Of a DNA stretch of 58,638 bases, positions 38,302 through 48,086 are shown one piece after another (the first letter of the stretch is position 1; the number at the start of each line of letters is the position of its first letter). The notes under the pieces are model-generated. The model had not been told where the DNA came from. It was given only the letters and a program-made list of their open reading frames with translations, and made no database searches. The DNA comes from a virus (Duplodnaviria > Caudoviricetes): IMG/VR virus record IMGVR_UViG_3300042868_006575, positions 1 to 58,638 of that record. One strand, given 5' to 3'. Made by a program: the position numbers and the translations under genes.

Positions 38302-41300
38302 GTGGCAATACAGAATTTAATCAGCGGTGACTTAAAGCTTAGGGATGAAAATGGTATATTAGTTGCAGTAGATGGTATTGTATTTGCCGATACTTCTGGT
38401 ACTATAGGTACATCTGGAAGCAGTGGAACTAGTGGTAGCAGTGGTAGTTCATCTACTTCTGGTACTAGTGGTACTTCTGCGATAGGTTCTTCTGGTTCTA
38501 GTGGAACTTCTGGTTCTTCTGGTATTAATGGGACTTCAGGCACGAGTGGATCTTCTGGTAGTTCGTCTACCTCTGGCACTTCAGGTAGCTCAGGAACAGC
38601 TGGAACTTCAGGTACGACAGGTACTTCTGGAAGCTCTGGTACTTCGGCTACTTCAGGGACTTCTGGTACATCAGCTACTTCTGGTACTGATGGTACAGGT
38701 GGAACTTCAGGTACAAGTGGTACGTCTGCAACAAGCGGTACTTCTGGTACGACAGGAACTAGTGGCAGCTCTGGAACAAGCGGAAGCAGTGGCACTTCGG
38801 GTACAACAGGTACTTCGGGTACTTCTGCTACTTCAGGTTCTAGTGGCACCTCTGGAACTGATGGTACAGGTGGAACAAGCGGTACTTCAGGTACTGATGG
38901 AACTTCTGGAAGCAGTGGCACAAGTGGTACAACTGGAACTTCTGGAACTTCTGGCACAAGTGGATCTTCGGGATTATCTGGAACGAATGGAACTTCTGGC
39001 ACAAGCGGAACAGCAGGTACTTCAGGTATAAACGGTATGAATGGTGTTGCAGGTGGTCTTGTGTACTATCTGAATCAATCTTTAAATACCAGTTCTGCTT
39101 TTGGTACTCCAACATATAAGCAATGGTCACCTACAGCAGTAGTAGGAGCAGAGCAAACTGTAGTTACAAATGTAGCGCCAAATACAAGAACATTAATTGC
39201 AACTTTTGCAACTGATTCAGGTGTGCCTAATCTAACAAGCATACCTGCTGGTAACTGGGCTTGGGTAACGCACTTTTCTATTGATACAAATAGAAGTGTA
39301 GCAGTAGACATAGAACTTTATAAATACACAACGGGTGGTGTTTCAACACTTCTAGGTACTACAAACCTAGATACAGAGTCTATGTCAACAAATGTTATCA
39401 GAGAGTTTTTTACAGATTTGTTTTTAGGTCAAACCGCATTAAACGAAACAGATAGACTTTATTGTCAAATATATGCTGAATTTACTGGCGGTGGTAGTAA
39501 TCATAATATAACTTTTTATACAGAAGGTACGAGTAACTACTCATACGCTCAAACAACATTCAATCCACCAAGTGGTACTTCTGGAACAAGCGGTAGTTCA
39601 GGCGTAAATGGTAGTTCGGGTAGTTCAGGATATTCTGGCACAAGCGGATCTTCTGGTTCAAGTGGCGTAAGTGGAAGTAGTGGTACAAGTGGTTCTTCTG
39701 GAACAAGCGGTACTTCTGCGACTAGTGGAACTTCTGGCACAAGCGGTGTTGACGGAAGCGCAGGAACAAGTGGCACTAGCGGTACATCTGCTACTAGTGG
39801 ATCTTCAGGAACTACCGGTACTTCAGGTTCAAGTGGTACGAGTGGTTCAAGTGCAACGAGTGGAACTACCGGTACGTCTGGTACTTCTGCAACATCTGGA
39901 ACAAGTGGTACAACAGGAACCTCTGGTACTAGTGGCAGCTCAGGTGTAAATGGTACGTCCGGAACCTCTGCTACAGCTGGTACATCTGGAACTAGTGGAT
40001 TTACGCCTACCAATCAAGTAACGGGTACAGGTACTACTAACTACCTACCTAAGTTTACAGGTACAAGTACAATAGGGAATAGTCAAATATTTGATAATGG
40101 TACAGTTATAGGTATTGCAACAACGTCTTTAGTAGCAGATGCTTTATTACCAATTCAAATTAATGCAGGTGCTTCAGGACAGGCTTATTTTGCTTCTAAC
40201 AACAATGGTGGTTATGGCTTATTAATGGGTTATGACAATGCCAATGGATATGCAAGAATAAGAAACGTATCTAATACTGCTTTAACATTTGAAACAAACA
40301 ATACCGAAAGATTAAGGCTAACCGCTTCAGGCAATTTAGGATTAGGAGTTACACCGAGTGCGTGGAGAACAACCGAAAGGGCTTTACAAATTGGTGCTAC
40401 AACTTCGGTTACGGACATATCAAATTTTGCAGTATTTAGAAATAATAACTTTGTCAATACAAGCGGACAAGAAATTTATTTAACTACCAATGGGGCAAGT
40501 GCTTTAGTATTAGCACCAAATTCCGAATATAGATTTTTACAAGCAGCAGCAGGAACGGCAGGTAACGCTATATCCTTTACCCAAGCAATGACGTTAGATG
40601 CGAATGGTAGATTGGGAATAGGAGCAACTTCAATGACTTATGCTTTACAAGTCAATGATACGGCAGGTGGCAATATGTTTAGGTTTGCATCTGGTTCAAC
40701 TGTATTAGATTATTATGTTAGCGGTGGCAACCCTTCTTTTGGTACTGCATCAAATAACGATTTAAGATTTAGAACAAATGACACTACCCGTCTTACAATA
40801 GCCTCTACAGGAGCAGCTACTTTTTTTGGAAAAACAAATATATCAAAAGCTATTTCTGATTATGCTTTCACAATTACAAATACCGACTCCGATGGTTATG
40901 GAATGTATATACAAGCAGGTAGCACTAACAATGCTATTGATGTATATAATGCAGCAGGTACTACTCAATTATTTAAACTAACAGGAGCAGGAGCAGCTAC
41001 ATTCTCAAGTAGTGTAACGGCAACAGAGTTATATTTATCTACTTCAAATGGTTTAGTTGGGAATATTAATTCAAGCAATGCAAATGGTGGATATTTAACT
41101 TGGCAAACAAGTGGAACTACTATTGCGGATATTGGTACTGCACAACAAATATTTGGTAGTGGCGGAAATGCTACTTTCGGTATTAATGGTAGAGGCACAA
41201 GAGCAATAGCTTTCGGTACGAACAATACCGAGAGAATGAGAATAACCTCAGCAGGTAACATAGGGATTGGTACAACAAGTCCACAAGCTGACTTACATAT

Positions 41301-42105
41301 ATATAGAACAGGTTCAACTGGAACTATTACAACAGGCTTAAAAGTCAATCACGAGTGTAATGCTGATGATTTTGTAGTTTTTTTTACAGGCAATGAGTCA
41401 GTAGCAACAAATAGATTTGTAATGCTACAAGGCGGTAATATAGGTATAGGTACAAGTTCGCCAAGTCAGTTGTTACATTTAAAAACTGAGTTAGCAACAA
41501 GTAGCGGTGTAGGTACTGCAATACAAATAGAAAGTAGCGGTGCGGGTGGCGACCAAGCGTGGATTGGGGTTAATAAAGGTACAGGTAATGGATTAGAGAT
41601 TTCAGTTGAAAATAGAGATATAATATTTAACACAGGTGCAACAAGTCCGTTTGGTGGAAGCGAACGTATGCGCATAACAAGTGGGGGTGATGTATTAGTA
41701 AACGCAACATCAACAACTCAAGGAGCTAAGTTCTATGTAAATGGAATAGGTGCTTTTGGAAGTGTATATGTTGGAGCATTAGGCACAGGAACCGTTTACT
41801 CAAATGCAGGTTTCCTAACCAATACCAACCCTTCAGACAGAAGATTAAAAACCAATGTCATACCACTTACCTATGGTTTAGCTGACATATTAAAACTAAA
41901 TCCAGTTTCATATAATTGGAAAGACGGAACCAATGGTAAACAATTTGGATTCATAGCACAAGAAGTACAAGAAGTAATGCCTGATGCAGTAAAGCAAGGA
42001 GAGTACCTTGGGCTTGAAAAAGACGCTATCTATTCAGCTTTGGTAAACTCTGTAAAGGAACTTAATAAAGAAATAGAAATATTAAAATCACAATTAAATA
42101 AATAA
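38302..42105 (+). CDS. Tail fibre with Gly-Thr/Ser-Ser triplet tracts and C-terminal S74 intramolecular chaperone
   Basis: (GTS/GSS)n; repeated ERMRIT-GNIGIGT units; SDRRLK...GFIAQEV. Confidence 0.9.
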   Translation: MAIQNLISGDLKLRDENGILVAVDGIVFADTSGTIGTSGSSGTSGSSGSSSTSGTSGTSAIGSSGSSGTSGSSGINGTSGTSGSSGSSSTSGTSGSSGTAGTSGTTGTSGSSGTSATSGTSGTSATSGTDGTGGTSGTSGTSATSGTSGTTGTSGSSGTSGSSGTSGTTGTSGTSATSGSSGTSGTDGTGGTSGTSGTDGTSGSSGTSGTTGTSGTSGTSGSSGLSGTNGTSGTSGTAGTSGINGMNGVAGGLVYYLNQSLNTSSAFGTPTYKQWSPTAVVGAEQTVVTNVAPNTRTLIATFATDSGVPNLTSIPAGNWAWVTHFSIDTNRSVAVDIELYKYTTGGVSTLLGTTNLDTESMSTNVIREFFTDLFLGQTALNETDRLYCQIYAEFTGGGSNHNITFYTEGTSNYSYAQTTFNPPSGTSGTSGSSGVNGSSGSSGYSGTSGSSGSSGVSGSSGTSGSSGTSGTSATSGTSGTSGVDGSAGTSGTSGTSATSGSSGTTGTSGSSGTSGSSATSGTTGTSGTSATSGTSGTTGTSGTSGSSGVNGTSGTSATAGTSGTSGFTPTNQVTGTGTTNYLPKFTGTSTIGNSQIFDNGTVIGIATTSLVADALLPIQINAGASGQAYFASNNNGGYGLLMGYDNANGYARIRNVSNTALTFETNNTERLRLTASGNLGLGVTPSAWRTTERALQIGATTSVTDISNFAVFRNNNFVNTSGQEIYLTTNGASALVLAPNSEYRFLQAAAGTAGNAISFTQAMTLDANGRLGIGATSMTYALQVNDTAGGNMFRFASGSTVLDYYVSGGNPSFGTASNNDLRFRTNDTTRLTIASTGAATFFGKTNISKAISDYAFTITNTDSDGYGMYIQAGSTNNAIDVYNAAGTTQLFKLTGAGAATFSSSVTATELYLSTSNGLVGNINSSNANGGYLTWQTSGTTIADIGTAQQIFGSGGNATFGINGRGTRAIAFGTNNTERMRITSAGNIGIGTTSPQADLHIYRTGSTGTITTGLKVNHECNADDFVVFFTGNESVATNRFVMLQGGNIGIGTSSPSQLLHLKTELATSSGVGTAIQIESSGAGGDQAWIGVNKGTGNGLEISVENRDIIFNTGATSPFGGSERMRITSGGDVLVNATSTTQGAKFYVNGIGAFGSVYVGALGTGTVYSNAGFLTNTNPSDRRLKTNVIPLTYGLADILKLNPVSYNWKDGTNGKQFGFIAQEVQEVMPDAVKQGEYLGLEKDAIYSALVNSVKELNKEIEILKSQLNK
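38391..39999 (+). repeat. Two Gly-X-Ser triplet coding repeat tracts (~38391-39045, ~39571-39999)
   Basis: 9-bp period with diversified synonymous codons. Confidence 0.9.
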
Positions 42106-42108
42106 AAA

Positions 42109-42474
42109 ATGGCAACAACAGTATTTTCATGGACCATCAGCCAGCTCAATTGCGCTGTAGAATCTGAGGGCTTACCTGATGTGATCAATATGATACATTG
42201 GAGATATAACGCAACACAAGAGCATGATGGTAAGATCTATTTCGCTGATACCTATGGTTCATCAAGTGTAGCACAACCAAATCCACAAAACTTCATTCCT
42301 TACGCAGACGTAACAGAAGCCGAAGTTATCGGTTGGTTAGAAGAAATATTGCCTGTTGATGCTATGCAATTAGCTTTAGAGAACAATATTGCTTTACAGA
42401 TTAACCCTGTTGAAGTGACACTTCCATTACCTTGGCTTGCAACTACTACAACTACAACAACTTTAGCTCCATAA
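42109..42474 (+). CDS. Tail-fibre-associated protein with appended TTTTTTTLAP tail
   Basis: WTISQL...IHWRY...FIPYADVTEAEVIGW...LPW family pattern plus Thr tail. Confidence 0.75.
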   Translation: MATTVFSWTISQLNCAVESEGLPDVINMIHWRYNATQEHDGKIYFADTYGSSSVAQPNPQNFIPYADVTEAEVIGWLEEILPVDAMQLALENNIALQINPVEVTLPLPWLATTTTTTTLAP

Positions 42475-42523
42475 ATATTTTTTTTAATTAAATTAATTTA
42501 TTAGTTTTGTTAAAAATATATAT

Positions 42524-42865
42524 ATGAAATCAATTGAACTAGTAGTAGCTAAAGAAAACATTGGTGGTAGAGATACCTTTTTAACCACTTATGATTTATT
42601 AAAATCAGCCATTAATAATCCAACACAAGGAGGATTTAATGTTGATGAAATGATCAAAAGACTTCGTTTATTAGGTGAAGTTGAAAAGCACAAAGACTTA
42701 TTTGAAATTAATCCAGAAAATTTTAAGGATGAGTTTCTTGAAAGAAAAGCCACGCTAGAATTAGAAGATGCTGATTTTACCAAGTTAAAAGAGCTCTTCA
42801 AAGAAATGAAGTGGGGAGTGGTATCAAAGACAATTGTTGATTTAAGCAATCAATTAGACAAATAG
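42524..42865 (+). CDS. Hypothetical protein, possibly fibre assembly
   Basis: 113 aa; TAGTTTTG promoter candidate at 42502-42509. Confidence 0.7.
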   Translation: MKSIELVVAKENIGGRDTFLTTYDLLKSAINNPTQGGFNVDEMIKRLRLLGEVEKHKDLFEINPENFKDEFLERKATLELEDADFTKLKELFKEMKWGVVSKTIVDLSNQLDK

Positions 42866-42893
42866 TTTTTTGGTTTAGTGGTTTAATAATAAA

Positions 42894-44960
42894 TTAAGCA
42901 GGCTGCGAACCTGCTTTTTTTATTTCATCTATTACCATATCAGGAGTAATACTATTCTGACATTCAAATTGTCTATCTGTTCCCTTATGTTTAGGGCAAA
43001 ATGCCCAATCTCCAGCATCAAATCTTATATCTGGCTTATTCCAACAACCATGACAGACATTTGTATTGTAAGGTCTTATACATTCAAATTCATGGTTAAT
43101 ATCAGTAAATCCTGCAATCATGATAACTTTCTTGCCTAATCCAAAAGCAAGCCATGAAATTCCTGATGATAATCCTATGAAAATTTCAGAATAATGTATA
43201 ACAGACATTGTATTTTCTATGCTAGTATCTTCCAATTGGTAGCAGTTGTTAAATGGATTGCGTTCTTTTGATGTATTTATGACATTGTAGCCACTTTCCA
43301 CCAAAAAGTCTATAACCTCCTGCCAATGACTTCTGAGCCAAAATTTAAGCCCTGAAGTGCTATTTGTAGCTATTGTAACATATTTGCCGTATTTATTGTT
43401 ACCTATGTCATATTTTAATCTTGGTCTAACTTCCTCAAAATCCAGTCCCAATATATTACTAGCTGCCTTTTGTAGCGGAATAGTATTGCATAATACAGGC
43501 TCTCTGTTTGAATCATAAAACCATCCAATCTTGTACATAGCATAACAACTTATAGAGCTGCCCGGCTCTACTAATTCTAATTCCGGATAGTCCAGTATTT
43601 TATTCCAAAAAGTAGATACAATGACTTTGCACTGATGCTTTTTTCTAAATTCTTCACAATATCCAATCCAAGCCAATGTGTCCCCTAAACTCTTGCTTTC
43701 AAAAGATATAAAGACTCTTTTGCCATGCAAATCCAATACGTTTTCATAGATTAAATCTCTGTCCTGATATACATACGTTTTCCATTTGGTATAGTATTGT
43801 CTATTAAGTCTTACCCAGCTATTGCTTTTGATTACACTTTGGTATTGGCATACATCATTTTCATCATAAAATCTAACATCAAAGTCACTATCGCTTTCTC
43901 CTTTTATTTCAAGGAAAGGGTGGTTGATGAAGTTTTGTAAGATGCGGACGGATTGTTTTTTAATAGGAAACTTTACGATTTCTTCGTACATCTTAACATG
44001 ATCTAATGCAAAATTTATTGAATTATTGTTATTTGGTATATTGTAATCTCTTGTAATAGTATATAAATCGCTATCTAATGGCTTTATGTATTTGTCTAAG
44101 GTGTCTTTGTAAGCTGGTAGGTTATTGGCTATAATCGGTAATCCAACCTCAATAGCATGTCGTATAGACAATGGGGAACATTCATTAGTAGAAGGGAATA
44201 TGAATATGTCAGCTGCCTGCAAAAGAATATCAATATCGCTTCGCTCTCCAAGTGCCTTAAAATTTGTTGGCAAATCTTTAATCAAATCCTCCCAATAAAA
44301 CTGAAAATTTCCGGCCATGTTACCAGCTACTACAAAATCAATATCCGGAAAATTCCGCGCAATAGCAATTGTTTCTTTTTGATTCTTTTGTGGTGTCCAA
44401 AGTCCAATATGTAATGCAGTTTTTCTATCTAAGGAAAATCCAACTTTCTTCTTTGCTTCCAACTTCATGTCAGAAGTTACCTCTTTTTCTTCTATTGGGT
44501 ACTGAATTGTGAAATATTTAGAGTCCATGTTTGCGTACACATCTTCATGAAAAGGAGTACAAAAAGCGTACAAATCTGGGTGGAATACCTTATCTGCATC
44601 AGGATTGAAAATGTTATCATGTGGGGTTTCTACAATTCTGTAAGTCCTATTATTTGAATATAAAGCTTTCGCAAGCTCTCTTGGTAACCTTTCAGCCACA
44701 TCTTCAATATGGACTATATCTGGATTTATCTGGTTAATAATATCCATTACGCGCATCTTATTCTCACCAGCTTCATAAAACCTATCACCAAGCAAATCTA
44801 CTATCTGATTCCTTTGAACCACATAAGCAGATCCATGAAAATTAAGCTCAATGCAATAAACTTCTATTCCCGAATATGCAAGTAAGCTTTGTATTCTTTT
44901 AAGCGCAAACATAGGTGCGCCACCCGTACTCAAATGGTACTCAATTAGTAATACTTTCAT
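42894..44960 (-). CDS. Two-domain glycosyltransferase: GT4-like + AAH/TibC-type protein O-heptosyltransferase
   Basis: GGA, QKNQ, DIFIFPSTNECSPLS (GT4); SLGDTLAW, FIGLSSGISWLA, CHGCW...CPKHKGTDRQFEC (TibC iron finger). Confidence 0.85.
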   Translation of the reverse strand: MKVLLIEYHLSTGGAPMFALKRIQSLLAYSGIEVYCIELNFHGSAYVVQRNQIVDLLGDRFYEAGENKMRVMDIINQINPDIVHIEDVAERLPRELAKALYSNNRTYRIVETPHDNIFNPDADKVFHPDLYAFCTPFHEDVYANMDSKYFTIQYPIEEKEVTSDMKLEAKKKVGFSLDRKTALHIGLWTPQKNQKETIAIARNFPDIDFVVAGNMAGNFQFYWEDLIKDLPTNFKALGERSDIDILLQAADIFIFPSTNECSPLSIRHAIEVGLPIIANNLPAYKDTLDKYIKPLDSDLYTITRDYNIPNNNNSINFALDHVKMYEEIVKFPIKKQSVRILQNFINHPFLEIKGESDSDFDVRFYDENDVCQYQSVIKSNSWVRLNRQYYTKWKTYVYQDRDLIYENVLDLHGKRVFISFESKSLGDTLAWIGYCEEFRKKHQCKVIVSTFWNKILDYPELELVEPGSSISCYAMYKIGWFYDSNREPVLCNTIPLQKAASNILGLDFEEVRPRLKYDIGNNKYGKYVTIATNSTSGLKFWLRSHWQEVIDFLVESGYNVINTSKERNPFNNCYQLEDTSIENTMSVIHYSEIFIGLSSGISWLAFGLGKKVIMIAGFTDINHEFECIRPYNTNVCHGCWNKPDIRFDAGDWAFCPKHKGTDRQFECQNSITPDMVIDEIKKAGSQPA
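42896..42921 (+). terminator. Intrinsic terminator
   Basis: AAGCAGG-ctgcgaa-CCTGCTT then T run, at convergence with GT gene. Confidence 0.7.
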
Positions 44961-45765
44961 GTTTTTTTGAATTCAAGTTTTTAATTAATTGTTCTCTCAT
45001 TCTCTCTATAAATTCAGGGCTTCTTTTTTTGCCTTTATTTGCTAAAGAAATTTTATTTTTTGCTTCTTGACTAAGATTTTTCCCAAGCATTGGTGGATTT
45101 ATTTTAACTCTTTCTCTTTGTTTTTCATTCATTTCCTCAGTTCTCTTTTTGCCTTTATTCCCTAATGATATTTTTTTCTTTGTTTCTTCTGAATGGTTTT
45201 TCCCCCAATTTGGACTTAACTCTTTCTTTTTTCCCCACATTGCATTTTTTTCTTTTTCAAATAATCCAGTTACTCCTTTGTTCCAAGATGGTTTACCAAA
45301 ACAAGGATGATTTTCTCCTTTTTTTGCAGATATTTTCATTTTTTGTTTAGTTTCTTCTGAATGTTTTTTGCCCCAATTTGGACTTAATTCTTTGGATTTA
45401 CCAAACATAGCATTTTTAACACCCTTGCTTCTTTCGGAAAACTTCTTTTTTGTTTCTTCAGTATGTATAACTCCAAATGCTCCATCGCCACCATCTGTTA
45501 AATTGCATAAATTACCCAAGTTATTATTTCTTCTTCCGTAAAAAGAAATTAAATATTTTTCAATAGAACATGCCTCTTCCCATAATATATCCCTATGTGT
45601 TATTTCAACTATTATGCCGTATTTATCTTTTATTTTGTTCCAGAATTGGTTTCTTCTACTATTTATTTGGTATGCTCTTTTGTCAGATTTACCAATTCCA
45701 ACATAAAATACGTTTAAAAATGGATCTTCAATATCCTTCCTTCTGTGTATATAAACTATTGCCAT
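44941..45765 (-). mobile_element. Free-standing GIY-YIG-like homing endonuclease with NUMOD3 repeats
   Basis: VYIHRR...FYVGIG, NLTDGGDG, repeated GKKHSEETKxK; start taken at ATG 45765. Confidence 0.85.
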
Positions 45766-45902
45766 AAAACAAAAAATGCCCAAAATAGAAGGCTTATTCC
45801 CTTTATAAGATAATGTATAGGGACATCTAAATTGGGCAAAAAGTTTGTAATATTTTTAATCATATATAAGGGAATAAGCACTATAAAGATAGTAAATTAT
45901 TC

Positions 45903-46112
45903 TCATAATAGTTCTATTTCTTTTTTAACTTCTTGCCAATATGATATTTCATTATGCAATCCACTCCATTGTGATGACCATTCAATTATTTCGTCTACTG
46001 CTATTAAGGCACATTCTTTAGCAATAGTTTTATTTATTCCGTATGGTATGTCAGTAGTTGTTTGTATCAAAAACCTCATACACAAGTTATTAGCTTTTTC
46101 TTTTGGTGTCAT
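45903..46112 (-). CDS. Small hypothetical protein (MTPKEKA family)
   Basis: AKECALIAVDEII...YWQEVKKEI. Confidence 0.75.
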   Translation of the reverse strand: MTPKEKANNLCMRFLIQTTTDIPYGINKTIAKECALIAVDEIIEWSSQWSGLHNEISYWQEVKKEIELL

Positions 46113-46115
46113 AGG

Positions 46116-46391
46116 TTATTCGCTTTGGTCATAGGTTATTTTGTAATATTCTTCATTATTTATTTTTAAAGATATTTCTTCATAAGTTTTACCTTCAAAA
46201 GGATATTCGCCATTCCAACCTTCGCCACTAATTACGAATCCATCAAGTCTTGCATCTAATATCTGGTCTTTTTCAATTTTTTTAGCTTGTTCCCATATAC
46301 TTGACTCTTTATTAATTTTTTCTATTGCTGAATCTGTTGATGTATTATTTTTTGATAATTCGTTATATAGCCATTCTATTGCGGTTTTCAT
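46116..46391 (-). CDS. Small hypothetical protein (MKTA family)
   Basis: MKTAIEWL...EKDQI...EEYYKITY. Confidence 0.75.
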   Translation of the reverse strand: MKTAIEWLYNELSKNNTSTDSAIEKINKESSIWEQAKKIEKDQILDARLDGFVISGEGWNGEYPFEGKTYEEISLKINNEEYYKITYDQSE

Positions 46392-46423
46392 AGGTTATTT
46401 GTTTTAAACTGTCGACAAAGTGT

Positions 46424-46732
46424 CTACGGTTGGTTATAGGTTTGGTTGTAATACCTTTCTCCGCTAAACATTGTTTTGTTTATTTCCAATGCCTCATCTA
46501 AATCGCAGGCCTTGTAACCATTTTCAAAATCATTTACTATCTGCTCCTTTTCTTTTTCAAGATATTCAGAATACTCTTTAGTTAATTCTTCAATGATTCT
46601 ATTTTGAATAACGATGGCATCATACATAATACAATCATTCATACCTCCAAGTATCTGTGTTTGCTCATCTTGATACTTTCTTCTTTCCATATATGCTATG
46701 TGAAAGATTAATTCTTGCATTGCTGTTTTCAT
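46424..46732 (-). CDS. Small hypothetical protein (MKTA family paralog)
   Basis: MKTAMQEL...EKEQI...RYYNQTY. Confidence 0.75.
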   Translation of the reverse strand: MKTAMQELIFHIAYMERRKYQDEQTQILGGMNDCIMYDAIVIQNRIIEELTKEYSEYLEKEKEQIVNDFENGYKACDLDEALEINKTMFSGERYYNQTYNQP

Positions 46733-46735
46733 AGG

Positions 46736-48082
46736 TTATTTGTTTAGTTGGTTTATAAATTCCTTAATCTTTTCAATGTTTTTTTCTCCATGATAGAAAA
46801 GGAGGTGTTCTTTATGTGAAGGTACTTTAATCCATGGCCCTATTAAATTATCATGACCAGTAAATTCTAGGTCTTTGTGTAGTCCATTGATGTAGCAGTA
46901 TGGTAATCCTGAAAACGTCATACGCTTATACAGAAGGGCTTGAAGTATTGTTTCTTCATGGAAGGGTGCGTAATAGTTGTGGTTCTTTAATACTTTAGGG
47001 TGGTTGCACATCCAGTACCACTCATCTAAAAACTCAATGGTATTTTGCCCAGCAACATAATATCCTGTTTGCCTGTATCTGTTACGGACATACTGGTTTA
47101 TGTTAAATAGTTCACAGGCTGGTGCTTCTAATGTAGTGCTTAAATCCGCCCTACTTTCAGCGCCACCTCTACCATTGACCATAAGATATTCATAGATACC
47201 TTCTGTAAAATAGGGGTGACTAGATTCTTCATTATAGAAAGTAAAGATGTTGTCAACAAATGGACTAGCCACAGAGTCAGAATCCACATACGCAATCGTT
47301 TCAGCATAGTTTTCCAGTGCATGTTTGGTTATTAAAGGTCTTTGTATAAGTAATTTGTAGATGCTTTTATTGGATCTATCAATGTAGTCGGCCCTTTGTT
47401 TCAGATGCTTTACATCACAATCCCATCTTATTGTTTCAGTATTTTCAATCTTTTTATCAGAGTTAAGCATGTAAACTAGGATTGGTATCTCGCTGAACTT
47501 ACGGATTGATTCAACGCACAATTGAACCAAATCGGCATACGACTCATCTGCATATAGCAAATAAGCTTTCTTATGCTTGTAAGTTCTGTTTACATAGTAA
47601 CCATAGTACTGGTTGGCATATAGTAGTTGTAATTCTGGGTATCTGGTTTCCATAACCTCCGGAGTTAAATCAGGCTGCAAATGAGTTTCATGGGCATTGC
47701 CTTCATGCTCTCCCTGTTCCATAAGATATGGCACTGCCACCAAGCACTGCTTACCACTGGTTACTATCTTTCTGATTATACTTTGTGCATCTTCCACGGA
47801 CAAATGCTCCAGCACATCACCCATGATGATAAACTCGTAATAATCAAAGTGAAAGCCAACTACGCTCTGTATAAATACGTTGTTGTATTTCTTATCTAAT
47901 TGGTAATTAACTACATAGGGTTCGTATATCTCTACGCAATCCATGTAGTAGCCATAGTTTTTTAGCATATCAGAATAGGTGCCAATACCAGCGCCTACAT
48001 CTAATATCTTTTTGTTTACGGCTACGTTATCTACAATGTAATCCCTGACTTCTTGTTTGAAAAATTGAAAGCTAGTTGGCAT
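46736..48082 (-). CDS. SAM methyltransferase + GT-A glycosyltransferase fusion
   Basis: ILDVGAGIG, GDVLEH in N-half; AYVDSDS DxD, QTG, HEET, FYHG in C-half. Confidence 0.8.
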   Translation of the reverse strand: MPTSFQFFKQEVRDYIVDNVAVNKKILDVGAGIGTYSDMLKNYGYYMDCVEIYEPYVVNYQLDKKYNNVFIQSVVGFHFDYYEFIIMGDVLEHLSVEDAQSIIRKIVTSGKQCLVAVPYLMEQGEHEGNAHETHLQPDLTPEVMETRYPELQLLYANQYYGYYVNRTYKHKKAYLLYADESYADLVQLCVESIRKFSEIPILVYMLNSDKKIENTETIRWDCDVKHLKQRADYIDRSNKSIYKLLIQRPLITKHALENYAETIAYVDSDSVASPFVDNIFTFYNEESSHPYFTEGIYEYLMVNGRGGAESRADLSTTLEAPACELFNINQYVRNRYRQTGYYVAGQNTIEFLDEWYWMCNHPKVLKNHNYYAPFHEETILQALLYKRMTFSGLPYCYINGLHKDLEFTGHDNLIGPWIKVPSHKEHLLFYHGEKNIEKIKEFINQLNK

Positions 48083-48086
48083 AAAA

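Larger units (their letters stand above)
46109..46745 (-). repeat. Gene-junction repeat AATAACCTATGA (4 copies)
   Basis: TCATAGGTTATT at 46109, 46129, 46388, 46729; 21-bp identity 46384-46404 = 46725-46745. Confidence 0.85.

Noticed and set aside
38226-40013. Antisense/alternate-frame ORFs rich in VPEVP or LLV (38226..39002, 38501..39031, 39549..40013, 39671..39949)
   Set aside because: Shadows of the Gly-Thr-Ser coding repeat, which lacks stops in other frames.
44941-45900. Group I intron around the endonuclease
   Set aside because: Flanking genes look complete, no split exon, and no intron core recognised; treated as free-standing.
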